NCBI GenBank assembly: GCA_965656855.1
Contig: CBFHML010000097.1
Coordinates: forward strand, 31,250 to 95,249
DNA: 64,000 nucleotides
Direction of reading: 5' to 3'
Source: Roseovarius sp.
GTDB taxonomy: Bacteria; Pseudomonadota; Alphaproteobacteria; Rhodobacterales; Rhodobacteraceae
Part shown: piece by piece, positions 9,786 through 19,876 of the stretch
How positions within the stretch are numbered: position 1 is the first letter of the stretch
Layout: each line of letters starts with the position of its first letter
Notes under the pieces: model-generated
Database searches by the model: none
What the model saw: only the letters and a program-made list of their open reading frames with translations
What the model was told of the DNA's origin: nothing
Program-made: the position numbers and the translations under genes

Positions 9786-10615
9786 AAGCCGGTCTTGTCC
9801 AGCTCAATAGTAGTGATGATCCGGCGGCCAACCTGCCCGTGACCCTTGATCTGGTCCGGCAGGCAGCGGGGGCCGGGGCGGATATCGTGCTGACGCCTGA
9901 GGTGACGAATTGCGTGTCGGCCAGTCGCCCGCACCAGATGTCCGTGTTGCGCAATCAGGATAAGGACATCACTCTCGCCGCGCTGCGACAGGAGGCCGCC
10001 AACCTGAACATCTGGCTTCTTATCGGTTCGCTGGCGCTCAAAACCGATGATCCCGATGGCCGTTTCGCCAACCGATCCTTTCTGATCGACCCAAATGGGG
10101 ACATCGCGGCATGGTATGACAAGATCCACATGTTCGATGTCACCGTATCCGAAACAGAAAGCTATCGCGAATCGGCAGGCTACAGGCCCGGTGACCGGGC
10201 GGTGCTCTGCCCTACGCCCCTTGGCCAAATTGGTCTGACCATATGCTACGATGTTCGGTTTCCCGCGCTTTACCGTACACTGGCCAGCGCTGGTGCAGAG
10301 ATCCTGACCGTGCCGTCGGCGTTCTCTCCGGTTACGGGTGCTGCCCACTGGGAAAGTCTTTTGCGGGCTCGTGCAATCGAGAATGGTTGCTACGTTCTGG
10401 CGCCAGCGCAAACCGGCACACATGCCGCATCAACGGGCAAAGAACGCAGGACCCATGGTCACAGCCTTGCCGTGGGCCCATGGGGTGACGTATTGGCAGA
10501 TGCAGCAGGCGATCCCTGTGTGCTATTGGTTGACGTGGAATGTAATGAGGTCAAGCAGGCGCGCAATCGCATTCCGTCGTTGAACGCTCAGAGGCCATAC
10601 AAAGACCCCCTATGA
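9782..10615 (+). CDS. carbon-nitrogen hydrolase (nitrilase superfamily, Nit-like)
   Basis: ATGA overlap with grxC. Carries the E..K..C triad context (TPEV, YDKIHMF, ICYDVRFP). Confidence 0.85.
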   Translation: MKAGLVQLNSSDDPAANLPVTLDLVRQAAGAGADIVLTPEVTNCVSASRPHQMSVLRNQDKDITLAALRQEAANLNIWLLIGSLALKTDDPDGRFANRSFLIDPNGDIAAWYDKIHMFDVTVSETESYRESAGYRPGDRAVLCPTPLGQIGLTICYDVRFPALYRTLASAGAEILTVPSAFSPVTGAAHWESLLRARAIENGCYVLAPAQTGTHAASTGKERRTHGHSLAVGPWGDVLADAAGDPCVLLVDVECNEVKQARNRIPSLNAQRPYKDPL

Positions 10616-11058
10616 CGGAAAATTCCATTCATTCCCTTGCCGTCACTTTTTTTAGTGAAGTGCTTACGACAGAGCAGCTTATCCGCGCCAAGTTGAGCAA
10701 GGTGCTGCCCAAGGGCATGGAAATCTCTCATTTCTCGGTACTCAACCATTTGGCGCGCGCCGGAGACGAGCGAAGCCCGGCGCAGCTTGCGCGGAGTTTT
10801 CATGTCACGCGTGGAGCTATGACAAATACCCTGAACAAGCTGGAATGGGCCGGGTACGTGCACATCCGGCCGGATTGGGACGATGCAAGACGCAAAATGG
10901 TGTCCATTAGCCCCGCCGGTGTAAAGGCACGCGATGCCGCGATTTCGGCAATCACACCTGTCATCGGGGACATGGTCGCAGATCTGGGTGACGCAAAATT
11001 CCGTGCCACGCTGCCGGTGCTGCGGGAATTGCGGCTCAAACTCGAAGGCGATGCATAA
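10612..11058 (+). CDS. MarR family transcriptional regulator
   Basis: ATGA overlap with the upstream gene. Size and pattern fit a winged-HTH MarR protein (FSVLNHLAR....PAQLARSFHVTRGAMTNTLNKLE..GYV). Confidence 0.75.
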   Translation: MTENSIHSLAVTFFSEVLTTEQLIRAKLSKVLPKGMEISHFSVLNHLARAGDERSPAQLARSFHVTRGAMTNTLNKLEWAGYVHIRPDWDDARRKMVSISPAGVKARDAAISAITPVIGDMVADLGDAKFRATLPVLRELRLKLEGDA

Positions 11059-11061
11059 AGG

Positions 11062-11820
11062 TCAGCTGGGTTTCAGGCTTGCCGTTACATAATTTACGCT
11101 CAGATCCTGATCCGAAAGCGACCATGTCCAGCTTATCGGGTGAAACACAAAGCCCTTCTTGTCGACCGGGTCCATTCCTGCCTGTTGTAGCAACTGCCAT
11201 AGCTCATCTGGTGTGATGAACTTGCTCCATTCATGCGTGCCTTTTGGCAGCCAACGCATCACATATTCCGCCCCCAAGATTGCGACGGCAAAGCTTTTGG
11301 GATTGCGATTTATGGTGGAACAGAGATGCAGGCCGCCGGGTTTTAGTAACGCGCGGCACGCCGTCAGAAAGGCCAGCGGATCGGCGACATGCTCCACCAC
11401 TTCCATGTTCAAAACCACATCGAATGTCTCGCCGGCCTTTGCCAGCGCCTCGGCGCTGGTGTGGCGGTAGTCGATGGTCAGACCTGATTGGACGGCATGA
11501 ACCTGCGCGACCGGGATGTTGCCCGCCGCGGCATCCGCGCCTGTCACCTCTGCACCAAGCCGGGCCATCGGTTCGCTCAGCAATCCGCCACCACAGCCTA
11601 TGTCGAGGATGCGAAGCCCAGCAAACGGCATGTCCTTTGCCAGATCCCGGTCAAATTCTGCGGCAATCTGTCCCGTGATATAATCGAGACGGCAAGGGTT
11701 CAGCATGTGCAGCGGCTTGAACTTGCCCTCTGGATCCCACCATTCGGCGGCCATTGCCTCAAATTTGGCGACCTCAGCGGGGTCTATCGTGGTCGGAGCG
11801 GGTTGCATTCTGCTCTCCAT
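11062..11820 (-). CDS. ubiG: bifunctional ubiquinone biosynthesis O-methyltransferase
   Basis: [23 protein letters not shown] plus SAM motif [20 protein letters not shown]. Start trimmed to MESRMQ. Confidence 0.85.
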   Translation of the reverse strand: MESRMQPAPTTIDPAEVAKFEAMAAEWWDPEGKFKPLHMLNPCRLDYITGQIAAEFDRDLAKDMPFAGLRILDIGCGGGLLSEPMARLGAEVTGADAAAGNIPVAQVHAVQSGLTIDYRHTSAEALAKAGETFDVVLNMEVVEHVADPLAFLTACRALLKPGGLHLCSTINRNPKSFAVAILGAEYVMRWLPKGTHEWSKFITPDELWQLLQQAGMDPVDKKGFVFHPISWTWSLSDQDLSVNYVTASLKPS

Positions 11821-11856
11821 GTGCTCAATTGCCGTAATCACCCTATATAGGTCGGC

Positions 11857-12831
11857 ATGGATAAATTCTCGGGCCAAAAAAGCGCAACGCAATTTCTACA
11901 CCCTTCGATCGAGCCCTTCGATCGCAGAATGATGGATGTGGGCGATGGGCACCAGATCTATGTCGAACAATCCGGCAATGAAACCGGCATTCCCGTCGTC
12001 GTGCTGCATGGTGGTCCAGGTGGCGGATGCAGCCCGGCGATGCGGCGCTATTTCGATCCGCGCTATTACCGGATCATCCTGTTTGATCAGCGTGGCTGTG
12101 GCCGGTCCAAGCCCCATGCCAGTGTTGAGAACAATACGACATGGCATCTTGTGACCGATATCGAGCGTATCCGCGAGGCGCTGGGCATTGACTCATGGGT
12201 TGTCTTTGGTGGTAGCTGGGGTGCGACGCTGGCGCTGGTCTATGCACAGTCCCATCCTGTGCCGGTTAAGCATCTGGTACTGCGTGGCGTTTTTACCATG
12301 ACCAAGGCAGAGCTGGACTGGTTCTATGGCGGTGGTGCCGGGCGCTTTTGGCCCGAGACCTGGAAACGCTTTCAGTCTCTCGTGCCTGAGGATGAGCGCG
12401 ACGACATGATCGGCGCCTATTACAGGCGACTGTTTTCTGGCGATCGTGCCGAGGAGGTGCGCTACGCCAAAGCGTGGAGCAGTTGGGAAAACGCGCTTGC
12501 GACGGTTCATTCAAATGGGCAGGGCGGTGACAGCCCTGCGGAATACGCGCGCGCCTTTGCTAGGTTGGAAAATCATTATTTCCGGCATGGCGGCTTTCTT
12601 GGGCAGGATGGCTATATTTATGACAACATGCCGAGAATTGCGGATATCCCCGGCATCATCGTGCAGGGTCGCTACGACATGATCTGTCCGCCCGATTCGG
12701 CGTATCGACTGGCCGGTTTGTGGCCACGGGTGGACCTGCGCATCATCGGTATGGCAGGGCATGCCTTGTCCGAGCCGGGTATCAGCGAGGAACTCGTGCG
12801 CGCAATGGATCGGATTGCCCGGCTCTATTGA
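11857..12831 (+). CDS. pip: prolyl aminopeptidase (proline iminopeptidase)
   Basis: [16 protein letters not shown] and nucleophile elbow [10 protein letters not shown]. Confidence 0.85.
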   Translation: MDKFSGQKSATQFLHPSIEPFDRRMMDVGDGHQIYVEQSGNETGIPVVVLHGGPGGGCSPAMRRYFDPRYYRIILFDQRGCGRSKPHASVENNTTWHLVTDIERIREALGIDSWVVFGGSWGATLALVYAQSHPVPVKHLVLRGVFTMTKAELDWFYGGGAGRFWPETWKRFQSLVPEDERDDMIGAYYRRLFSGDRAEEVRYAKAWSSWENALATVHSNGQGGDSPAEYARAFARLENHYFRHGGFLGQDGYIYDNMPRIADIPGIIVQGRYDMICPPDSAYRLAGLWPRVDLRIIGMAGHALSEPGISEELVRAMDRIARLY

Positions 12832-13032
12832 TCCTTCGCCGCCTGCCGCGTGTGCGTGTGAACATCGACAAAGCACGCAAGGCAGCGATGTCTGGCTAGT
12901 GTATAAGAGCAAGGCTGGCGTGAGACTGCAGAATCCACGGCCATGGGGCTTGCAGTCTTACCCCATCGGGCGTATATGCCCATCAACAGCGGCGCCGCCG
13001 GGTTCACCCGAAGGCTCCACCGGGAAATTCCA

Positions 13033-13055
13033 ACGGGCCGCGCGCCCGTTTTTTT
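13033..13055 (+). terminator. intrinsic terminator/attenuator in the leader upstream of rimP
   Basis: ACGGGC-CGCGC-GCCCGT stem followed by T7. It ends 16 nt before the rimP ATG. Confidence 0.6.
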
Positions 13056-13070
13056 GTGCTTGAAAGACTC

Positions 13071-13643
13071 ATGAGCAACGACCTGATCGCCAAGACCGCA
13101 ATGGACCGCCGTATGGCCGAAATCATCACCCCGGTGATCGAGGACATGGGCTATGAACTTGTGCGTGTTCGCCTGATGGGTGGCAAGACGGCCACGCTTC
13201 AGATCATGGCAGAGCGCGCAGATGGCGGCATCGAAGTGGACGATTGCGCCCAGATCTCCAACGCTGTCAGCGCGGTTCTGGATGTAGAGGACCCGATCCT
13301 TGACGCTTACACGCTCGAAGTGTCCAGCCCCGGTATCGACCGGCCGCTGACCCGGCTCAAGGACTTTGAGGAGTTTGAGGGCTATGAGGCCAAACTTGAG
13401 ACGCAGGATCTGATCGACGGTCGCAAACGCTTTAAGGGTGTTTTGACTGGCGTCGAAGGTGACGAGGTTCTGATCAATATCGAAGAAGGCACCGTCGGGC
13501 TGCAGTTTGACTGGCTGACTGATGCCAAGCTTGTCCTGACGGACGAGCTTATCCGAGACATGTTGAAGGCGCGCAAAGATGCGGGCGTTCTGAACGAAGA
13601 CAGCTTCGACGACATCGAGGCCGACGGGCCCCAGGAGGACTAA
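13071..13643 (+). CDS. rimP: ribosome maturation factor RimP
   Basis: Pattern ...GYELVRVRL......LQIMAER...VDDCA.IS...S..LD..DPI...[14 protein letters not shown], located immediately upstream of nusA. Confidence 0.85.
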   Translation: MSNDLIAKTAMDRRMAEIITPVIEDMGYELVRVRLMGGKTATLQIMAERADGGIEVDDCAQISNAVSAVLDVEDPILDAYTLEVSSPGIDRPLTRLKDFEEFEGYEAKLETQDLIDGRKRFKGVLTGVEGDEVLINIEEGTVGLQFDWLTDAKLVLTDELIRDMLKARKDAGVLNEDSFDDIEADGPQED

Positions 13644-13648
13644 AGACA

Positions 13649-15280
13649 ATGGCAATCACCTCTGCGAACCAGCTTGAGCTCTTGCAAACCGCCGAAGCGG
13701 TGGCACGCGAAAAGATGATCGACCCCATCCTCGTGATCGAGGCCATGGAAGAGAGTCTCGCCCGCGCCGCCAAATCGCGCTACGGCGCAGAGATGGACAT
13801 CCGTGTGGCCATCGACCGCAAGACTGGTCGCGCCCATTTCACCCGTGTCCGTACCGTGGTCGACGAGGAAGAGCTTGAAAACTATCAGGCCGAAATGACC
13901 GTCGAGCAGGCGAAACAGTATCTTGAGGATCCGAAAGTCGGCGACACCTTTGTCGAGGAAGTGCCGCCCGTGGACATGGGCCGTATCGCCGCGCAATCCG
14001 CCAAGCAGGTTATCTTGCAGAAGGTCCGCGAAGCAGAGCGTGATCGCCAGTTCGAAGAGTTCAAAGACCGCGCGGGCACCATCATCAACGGTGTCGTCAA
14101 GCGCGAGGAATATGGCAACGTCATCGTCGACGTAGGCCGTGGCGAGGCGATCCTGCGCCGCAACGAAAAGATCGGGCGCGAGGCGTATCGCCCCAACGAC
14201 CGCATCCGTTGCTTTATCAAGGACGTTCGCCGCGAGGCGCGGGGCCCGCAGATTTTCCTCAGCCGTACTGCGCCTGAGTTCATGGCGGAACTATTCAAAA
14301 TGGAAGTTCCCGAAATCTACGATGGCATCATCGAGATAAAGGCCGTGGCCCGTGATCCCGGTTCGCGCGCCAAAATCGCGGTCATTTCCTTTGACAACTC
14401 AATTGATCCTGTTGGCGCCTGTGTCGGTATGCGCGGCAGCCGTGTGCAGGCCGTTGTGAACGAGCTGCAAGGCGAAAAAATCGACATTATCCCTTGGAAT
14501 GAGGATCAGCCGACATTTCTCGTCAACGCGCTTCAGCCTGCTGAGGTCAGCAAGGTTGTCCTTGATGAAGAGGCAGAGCGCATCGAGGTTGTCGTACCCG
14601 AAGAGCAGCTTAGCCTTGCTATCGGTCGTCGCGGTCAGAACGTGCGTCTTGCTTCGCAGCTGACCGGGCTCGATATCGACATCATGACCGAAGCCGAGGA
14701 CAGCGAGCGTCGCCAGAAAGAATTCGAAGAGCGTACGCGCCTCTTTATGAATAATCTGGATCTGGACGAGTTCTTTGCCCAGCTTCTTGTGTCCGAGGGC
14801 TTCACCAATCTTGACGAGGTCGCATATGTCGAGGTTGACGAACTGTTGGTGATCGATGGCGTCGATGAGGACACCGCAAACGAGCTTCAGGCCCGTGCCC
14901 GTGATGTGCTGGAGGCGCAGGCGCGCGAAGCTTTGGAAAAGGCGCGCGAACTTGGTGCCGAGGATAGCCTTATTGAATTTGAAGGCCTGACCCCCCAAAT
15001 GGTTGTTGCGCTCGCGAAGGATGACGTGAAAACGCTCGAAGACTTCGCCACCTGCGCGGATTGGGAACTGGCTGGCGGCTGGACCACCGTGGATGGCGAG
15101 CGCGTCAAGGACGAAGGCCTGCTTGAATCCTTTGAGGTCTCTCTCGAAGAAGCGCAGGACATGGTTATGACCGCTCGTGTGATGCTTGGCTGGGTTGATC
15201 CCACCGAACTTGAAAGCGAGACAGAAGACGCTGACGCCGAAGATGCGGATGATGCTGAAACAGAAGGAGCCGAGGCCTGA
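13649..15280 (+). CDS. nusA: transcription termination/antitermination factor NusA
   Basis: S1/KH architecture, with [30 protein letters not shown] and an acidic C-terminal repeat region. Confidence 0.95.
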   Translation: MAITSANQLELLQTAEAVAREKMIDPILVIEAMEESLARAAKSRYGAEMDIRVAIDRKTGRAHFTRVRTVVDEEELENYQAEMTVEQAKQYLEDPKVGDTFVEEVPPVDMGRIAAQSAKQVILQKVREAERDRQFEEFKDRAGTIINGVVKREEYGNVIVDVGRGEAILRRNEKIGREAYRPNDRIRCFIKDVRREARGPQIFLSRTAPEFMAELFKMEVPEIYDGIIEIKAVARDPGSRAKIAVISFDNSIDPVGACVGMRGSRVQAVVNELQGEKIDIIPWNEDQPTFLVNALQPAEVSKVVLDEEAERIEVVVPEEQLSLAIGRRGQNVRLASQLTGLDIDIMTEAEDSERRQKEFEERTRLFMNNLDLDEFFAQLLVSEGFTNLDEVAYVEVDELLVIDGVDEDTANELQARARDVLEAQAREALEKARELGAEDSLIEFEGLTPQMVVALAKDDVKTLEDFATCADWELAGGWTTVDGERVKDEGLLESFEVSLEEAQDMVMTARVMLGWVDPTELESETEDADAEDADDAETEGAEA

Positions 15281-15305
15281 ACCCTCGGGTCTCGGGCTGA
15301 CTCTT

Positions 15306-15929
15306 ATGGGGCGCGCAGGGCAACCCAAGGACCATTCAAACGGTCCGGAGCGTAAATGTATCGCCACAGGCGAAGTGCAACCGAAAAACGGCTTGCTCCG
15401 TTTTGGCGTTGCACCCAGTGGCGAGGTCGTCCCGGATGTGCTGGAAAAGCTGCCCGGGCGCGGTATATGGATAAGCGCGGATCGCGGCGCTATGGAAAAG
15501 GCGATCAAGAAGGGGCTGTTCTCGCGGGCGGCCAAACAGACGGTTCAGGTCCCTGAGGATCTGATCGACAGGGTCGAGACGCAATTGGCGCAAAGAGTCG
15601 TCAATTTGATCAGTCTGATGCGCAAGGGCGGTCACGCCGTGTCCGGCTATGAGCGTGTCAAGGATTGGCTCGCCAAGGATGAGGCAGAGGTTCTTATTCA
15701 GGCGCATGACGGCTCCGAGCGCGGGAAAACAAAGCTTAGCACGCCCTATGGCGGGTCTTGGATCGGATGGCTTTCTGCCGACGAGTTAGGACAGGCATTC
15801 GGGCGGCAAAGCACAATCCACGCAGCACTGGGTGCTGGCGGTTTGTGCCAACGTGTTGTAGAGGAGGCGGCAAGACTTAAAGGCTTGCGCGTCTCGGACG
15901 GGGATAAGCCCCGCCGGAAAGGAAGTTGA
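15306..15929 (+). CDS. YlxR/DUF448-type RNA-binding protein with L7Ae-like C-terminal part
   Basis: [19 protein letters not shown] motif, positioned between nusA and infB. Trimmed so it starts after the nusA stop. Confidence 0.7.
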   Translation: MGRAGQPKDHSNGPERKCIATGEVQPKNGLLRFGVAPSGEVVPDVLEKLPGRGIWISADRGAMEKAIKKGLFSRAAKQTVQVPEDLIDRVETQLAQRVVNLISLMRKGGHAVSGYERVKDWLAKDEAEVLIQAHDGSERGKTKLSTPYGGSWIGWLSADELGQAFGRQSTIHAALGAGGLCQRVVEEAARLKGLRVSDGDKPRRKGS

Positions 15930-15934
15930 ACCAC

Positions 15935-18412
15935 ATGAGCGACAACGACGGAAAGAAAACTCTGGGTGTGCGCAGCGGTCCCCGTGCGGGAAACGTGAAG
16001 CAAAGCTTCAGCCATGGGCGCACCAAGAACGTCGTGGTGGAGACGAAGCGCAAACGTATCGTGAAACCCAAGCCGGGCGCAGCACCCGGCGCGGCCAACA
16101 AGACTGTGAATCTTCCTGATTCCACACGCCGCCCTGCGGGCATCTCTGACAATGAGATGGAACGCCGGATGAAGGCGCTTGCTGCCGCCAAAGAGCGTGA
16201 AGTCGAGGAAAGTGCCAAGCGCGAAGCCGAGGAAAAGGCCCGCGAAGAAGACCGTCAGCGCCGCCGCGAAGAGGCAGAGGCCAAGGAGCGCGAACAGCGC
16301 GAGGCCGAGGAACGCGCCAAGGCCAAAGCCGCAGAAGAAGAACGCCAAAAGCTTGCGGCCGCGTCCGCGACGCAACAGGCCGCCGCCGCACCCCCGGCAG
16401 AAGAGCCCGGTGCAAAGCAGGATCGCACGATCAAGCAGGCGCCGCGCAAGCCAGAGCGCACAGATCGCGATGACACGCGCAGCCGTGGCAAAGCCCGCGA
16501 CGACAACAGCCGTCGTGGTGGAAAGCTGACGCTGAACCAAGCGCTTTCGGGCGGTGAAGGTGGTCGTCAGAAATCCATGGCCGCCATGAAGCGCAAACAA
16601 GAACGCGCCCGGCAAAAGGCCATGGGCGGAGCGCAAGAGCGTGAAAAGGTCGTGCGCGACGTGCAATTGCCCGAGACCATCGTGGTCAGCGAGCTCGCCA
16701 ACCGTATGGCAGAGCGCGTTGGCGATGTGGTCAAGGCGCTGATGAACAATGGCATGATGGTGACGCAGAACCAGACCATCGACGCCGACACCGCCGAACT
16801 CATCATCGAGGAATTCGGCCATAAGGTCGTGCGCGTGTCTGACTCGGATGTTGAGGACGTCATTCACGCCGTTGCCGACAAGGACGAAGATCTGCAATCG
16901 CGTCCGCCCGTCATCACGATCATGGGCCATGTCGACCACGGCAAGACGTCGCTCTTGGATGCGATCCGCGATGCCAAGGTCGTCGCCGGCGAGGCGGGTG
17001 GCATCACCCAGCATATCGGCGCCTATCAGGTCATGACAAAGGGCGGCGCCAAGCTGTCCTTCCTCGACACGCCGGGTCACGCGGCCTTTACCTCCATGCG
17101 TTCGCGTGGGGCGCAGGTGACGGATATCGTCGTGCTCGTTGTGGCTGCGGATGATTCGGTCATGCCTCAGACCATTGAGGCGATCAATCACGCCAAGGCG
17201 GCACAGGTCCCGATGATCGTGGCGATCAACAAGATCGACAAGCCCGAGGCAAATCCCGACAAGGTCCGCACGGGCCTCTTGCAGCACGAGGTCGTCGTTG
17301 AGGCGATGTCGGGCGAGGTGCAGGATGTCGAGGTGTCTGCCCAGACGGGTCAGGGCCTGGACGAGTTGCTTGAGGCCATCGCGCTTCAGGCCGAGATCCT
17401 TGAACTCAAGGCAAATCCCGACCGCGCCGCCGAAGGTGCCGTGATCGAGGCACAGCTTGATGTGGGTCGTGGTCCCGTTGCCACCGTTCTTGTCCAGCGC
17501 GGCACGCTCCGTCAGGGTGATATCTTTGTTGTGGGCGAGCAATACGGCAAGGTCCGCGCGCTGATGAATGACCGTGGTGAGCGGGTGAAAGAGGCCGGTC
17601 CATCCGTGCCCGTAGAGGTGCTTGGTCTCAACGGCACGCCAGAGGCTGGTGACGTGCTCAACGTCGTCGACACAGAGGCGCAGGCGCGTGAGATTGCTGA
17701 ATACCGCTCCAAGGCTGCCAAGGAACGGCGCGCCGCAGCGGGGGCTGGCACCTCGCTCGAACAGCTTCTTGCGCAGGCGAAAGAGAACGAGAACGTCAAG
17801 GAACTGCCCATCCTGATGAAGGCCGACGTGCAAGGTAGCGCCGAGGCGATCGTGCAGGCGATGGAGAAGATCGGCAACGAAGAGGTCCGCGTCCGCGTGC
17901 TGCATTCGGGCGTCGGTGCCATCACCGAATCCGATATCGGCCTCGCCGAGGCATCAGGCGCACCGGTCTTTGGCTTTAACGTCCGTGCCAACGCGCCCGC
18001 CCGCAACAGCGCCAACCAAAAGGGCGTCGAGATCCGCTATTACTCGGTGATCTATGACCTTGTGGATGACGTTAAGGCGGCGGCAAGCGGCCTTCTGGGC
18101 AACGAGATCCGCGAAAAGTTCATTGGCTACGCGCAGATCAAAGAGGTGTTCAAGGTCACAGGCGTCGGCAAGGTCGCTGGCTGTCTGGTCACCGAGGGCA
18201 TCGCCCGCCGCTCTGCCGGGGTCCGTCTGCTGCGCGACGACGTGGTGATCCACGAAGGCACGCTCAAGACGCTCAAGCGCTTTAAGGACGAGGTGCCAGA
18301 GGTCCAGTCCGGTCAGGAATGCGGCATGGCGTTCGAGAACTACGACGACATCCGCGAAGGTGACGTCATCGAAATCTTCGAGCGCGAAGAGGTCGAACGC
18401 AACCTGGCCTGA
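15935..18412 (+). CDS. infB: translation initiation factor IF-2
   Basis: Charged N-terminal region, then G-domain motifs [22 protein letters not shown] and NKID. Confidence 0.95.
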   Translation: MSDNDGKKTLGVRSGPRAGNVKQSFSHGRTKNVVVETKRKRIVKPKPGAAPGAANKTVNLPDSTRRPAGISDNEMERRMKALAAAKEREVEESAKREAEEKAREEDRQRRREEAEAKEREQREAEERAKAKAAEEERQKLAAASATQQAAAAPPAEEPGAKQDRTIKQAPRKPERTDRDDTRSRGKARDDNSRRGGKLTLNQALSGGEGGRQKSMAAMKRKQERARQKAMGGAQEREKVVRDVQLPETIVVSELANRMAERVGDVVKALMNNGMMVTQNQTIDADTAELIIEEFGHKVVRVSDSDVEDVIHAVADKDEDLQSRPPVITIMGHVDHGKTSLLDAIRDAKVVAGEAGGITQHIGAYQVMTKGGAKLSFLDTPGHAAFTSMRSRGAQVTDIVVLVVAADDSVMPQTIEAINHAKAAQVPMIVAINKIDKPEANPDKVRTGLLQHEVVVEAMSGEVQDVEVSAQTGQGLDELLEAIALQAEILELKANPDRAAEGAVIEAQLDVGRGPVATVLVQRGTLRQGDIFVVGEQYGKVRALMNDRGERVKEAGPSVPVEVLGLNGTPEAGDVLNVVDTEAQAREIAEYRSKAAKERRAAAGAGTSLEQLLAQAKENENVKELPILMKADVQGSAEAIVQAMEKIGNEEVRVRVLHSGVGAITESDIGLAEASGAPVFGFNVRANAPARNSANQKGVEIRYYSVIYDLVDDVKAAASGLLGNEIREKFIGYAQIKEVFKVTGVGKVAGCLVTEGIARRSAGVRLLRDDVVIHEGTLKTLKRFKDEVPEVQSGQECGMAFENYDDIREGDVIEIFEREEVERNLA

Positions 18413-18441
18413 TCTGGGGTTTGGGAGAGAGATTTTGGAAG

Positions 18442-18470
18442 GGGGCTGGTTTTTTGACCGGCCCTTTTTG
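18442..18470 (+). terminator. probable infB terminator
   Basis: GGGGCTGGT-TTTTTG-ACCGGCCC stem with one mismatch, followed by TTTTT. Confidence 0.55.
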
Positions 18471-18533
18471 CGTTTGAGGTTGATACAAGAAAAGCGATGT
18501 AAGGAGTTGATGCTTACTGAAAATTTATGCCGT

Positions 18534-19574
18534 TCAGCTGACGCTCACGCGGCCTTCACGAACAAATTTCAGAAGTGTTTCGAGTCTCCTAAAGATGGCT
18601 AAGAATATCTTAGCTTCGACAATCTGATTGCCTTCAATTATTCCGGTGAAGCTCCTTCCACCCGGTATATGAAGAGCTGACACTAATACATCAATTAGTT
18701 TAAAAAGCTCTGTTTCTTCGGTTGACGAAGGTGAGGAATAGCTATCCGCAGTAATTTCAAGCCAACCTTTGCTTTTCATATATTCACGGAGTTTCTTATA
18801 ATTTTCCCTAGCTTCATCGTAGGTATTTTCGAATTGCCTTATTTGGTTATCGACAGCGTCAAAAAGATTTCTAGAGCCCTTTACAGTTATCTTACCAGGA
18901 GAAGCCCATTGCACTGCTGCTAAATGAGGGCGTTCATGGTATGGTAAAACAGACTTAAGATCGTTGAAGAAGCCTAAGTAACTAGAGCCTCCTCGAAAAG
19001 GCTTGTCACGGAATGCCGAAACATAATTAACAGGCGCGACTGAAGCTTGAGTATTCTGAAGGTTGATCACAGCTTCATGGAAAACATATACATCGGAATA
19101 TCTTGAGTAAAATTCTTTAAATTCTTTCATCTTCCATTGACCATCAATTGGTATCTCGTGCGTTGACGGTGGCTGTTTTACAAAAGAATAATCACGATTA
19201 TGATCACGTGCAAAAAACCCCTTGCTAGGAATGTAATCGTCGCAAATTCTCCCTAAAAATGGTCTTAACTCGATATCTTTTTCAAAAATTGCGGATGCAT
19301 CTGCTTCATAGTACTGAACCGAGGGTGCGTATACATAGACAAAGTGGAGGTCCGAACGCCCAAGAAAATAGTCTTGCGTTGTTTCTCTTGTGGCAGAAAC
19401 AACGAGATATTTTTCAATTTGGCCATCTTCATCAGCTATCGCGGAAGCGAAGAAATAGGTAGTTCCCCGCGTGTTCGACCTCTTCAAAAGGACCAATACG
19501 GCAAAATCTGCGTCTACAAGAATACTCTCGTAGGATGCTTTAGTTTTCTTTAAGACTTGCGCATCGGTACTCAT
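18534..19574 (-). CDS. hypothetical protein, 346 aa, no recognisable family
   Basis: It is the only long ORF across the AT-rich stretch. Its start overlaps the upstream ORF stop (ATGA). I saw no Walker, HNH, HEPN or PD-(D/E)xK motif. Confidence 0.7.
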   Translation of the reverse strand: MSTDAQVLKKTKASYESILVDADFAVLVLLKRSNTRGTTYFFASAIADEDGQIEKYLVVSATRETTQDYFLGRSDLHFVYVYAPSVQYYEADASAIFEKDIELRPFLGRICDDYIPSKGFFARDHNRDYSFVKQPPSTHEIPIDGQWKMKEFKEFYSRYSDVYVFHEAVINLQNTQASVAPVNYVSAFRDKPFRGGSSYLGFFNDLKSVLPYHERPHLAAVQWASPGKITVKGSRNLFDAVDNQIRQFENTYDEARENYKKLREYMKSKGWLEITADSYSSPSSTEETELFKLIDVLVSALHIPGGRSFTGIIEGNQIVEAKIFLAIFRRLETLLKFVREGRVSVS

Positions 19575-19876
19575 AGCTTTGGCACATGTTTGACGATATC
19601 TTCGGAAATATCATGCTCGGCGACCCTCCAAAGGTGGAGGTGACCATCTCCATCGAGACGTGATGGTCCTGCATCAGGGGGCAGGTCCAAACATACCGCA
19701 GGTTTATTTTTAAATGGTGAAACCAAGGCCATTTTTCGCGCACGCTCCTCGGTAAACAGGGAGCATGAAGCCCAGTCACAGGGGTCTTTTTTCTCGGGAC
19801 ATGGCTTGCCTCGCCCGTGTTGGCTTGAGAAAGCCCTTTCGTCCACGCTGCTGCTTTGAGCGCTATACTTAACCAT
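19571..19876 (-). CDS. hypothetical small protein, 101 aa, no recognisable family
   Basis: GGAGG sits 6 nt upstream of the ATG at 19876 (MVKYSAQ...). Its stop overlaps the start of the 346-aa ORF. GC3 by hand count is about 50%. Confidence 0.5.
   Translation of the reverse strand: MVKYSAQSSSVDERAFSSQHGRGKPCPEKKDPCDWASCSLFTEERARKMALVSPFKNKPAVCLDLPPDAGPSRLDGDGHLHLWRVAEHDISEDIVKHVPKL

Noticed and set aside
12960-13032. Possible tRNA upstream of rimP, by analogy with metY in E. coli. CCGGGTTCACCCG looks slightly T-arm-like.
   Set aside because: No acceptor, D or anticodon arms can be built. Treated as a leader or sRNA candidate instead.
16150-16520. Repetitive purine-rich sequence (GAA/GAG/GCC/AAG) that could look like a DNA repeat array.
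   Set aside because: It encodes the charged E/K/R/A-rich N-terminal region typical of IF-2. It is not a tandem repeat or CRISPR-like structure.
15746-17905. 719-aa minus-strand ORF antisense to infB. Similar long antisense ORFs: 14399-15535 (nusA), 12825-13655 (rimP), 22525-23715 and 24121-25317 (secA), 31067-32290 (dnaK), 41368-42264 (sulfotransferase), 47508-48491, 49505-50956 (gltD), 51822-53645 and 54720-55580 (gltB), 9572-10423 (nit), 6097-6705.
   Set aside because: These are shadow ORFs typical of high-GC coding DNA. Each lies entirely opposite a gene with unambiguous family motifs. Their translations are Arg/Gly/His/Leu-rich low-complexity sequences with no recognisable motifs or RBS.
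18534-19574. Looked in the 346-aa protein for PD-(D/E)xK nuclease, HEPN Rx4-6H, Walker A, HNH and TM signatures.
   Set aside because: A tempting D21/D23...E54-K55 arrangement fails the (D/E)-x-K spacing, and no other motif is present. No functional call is made.
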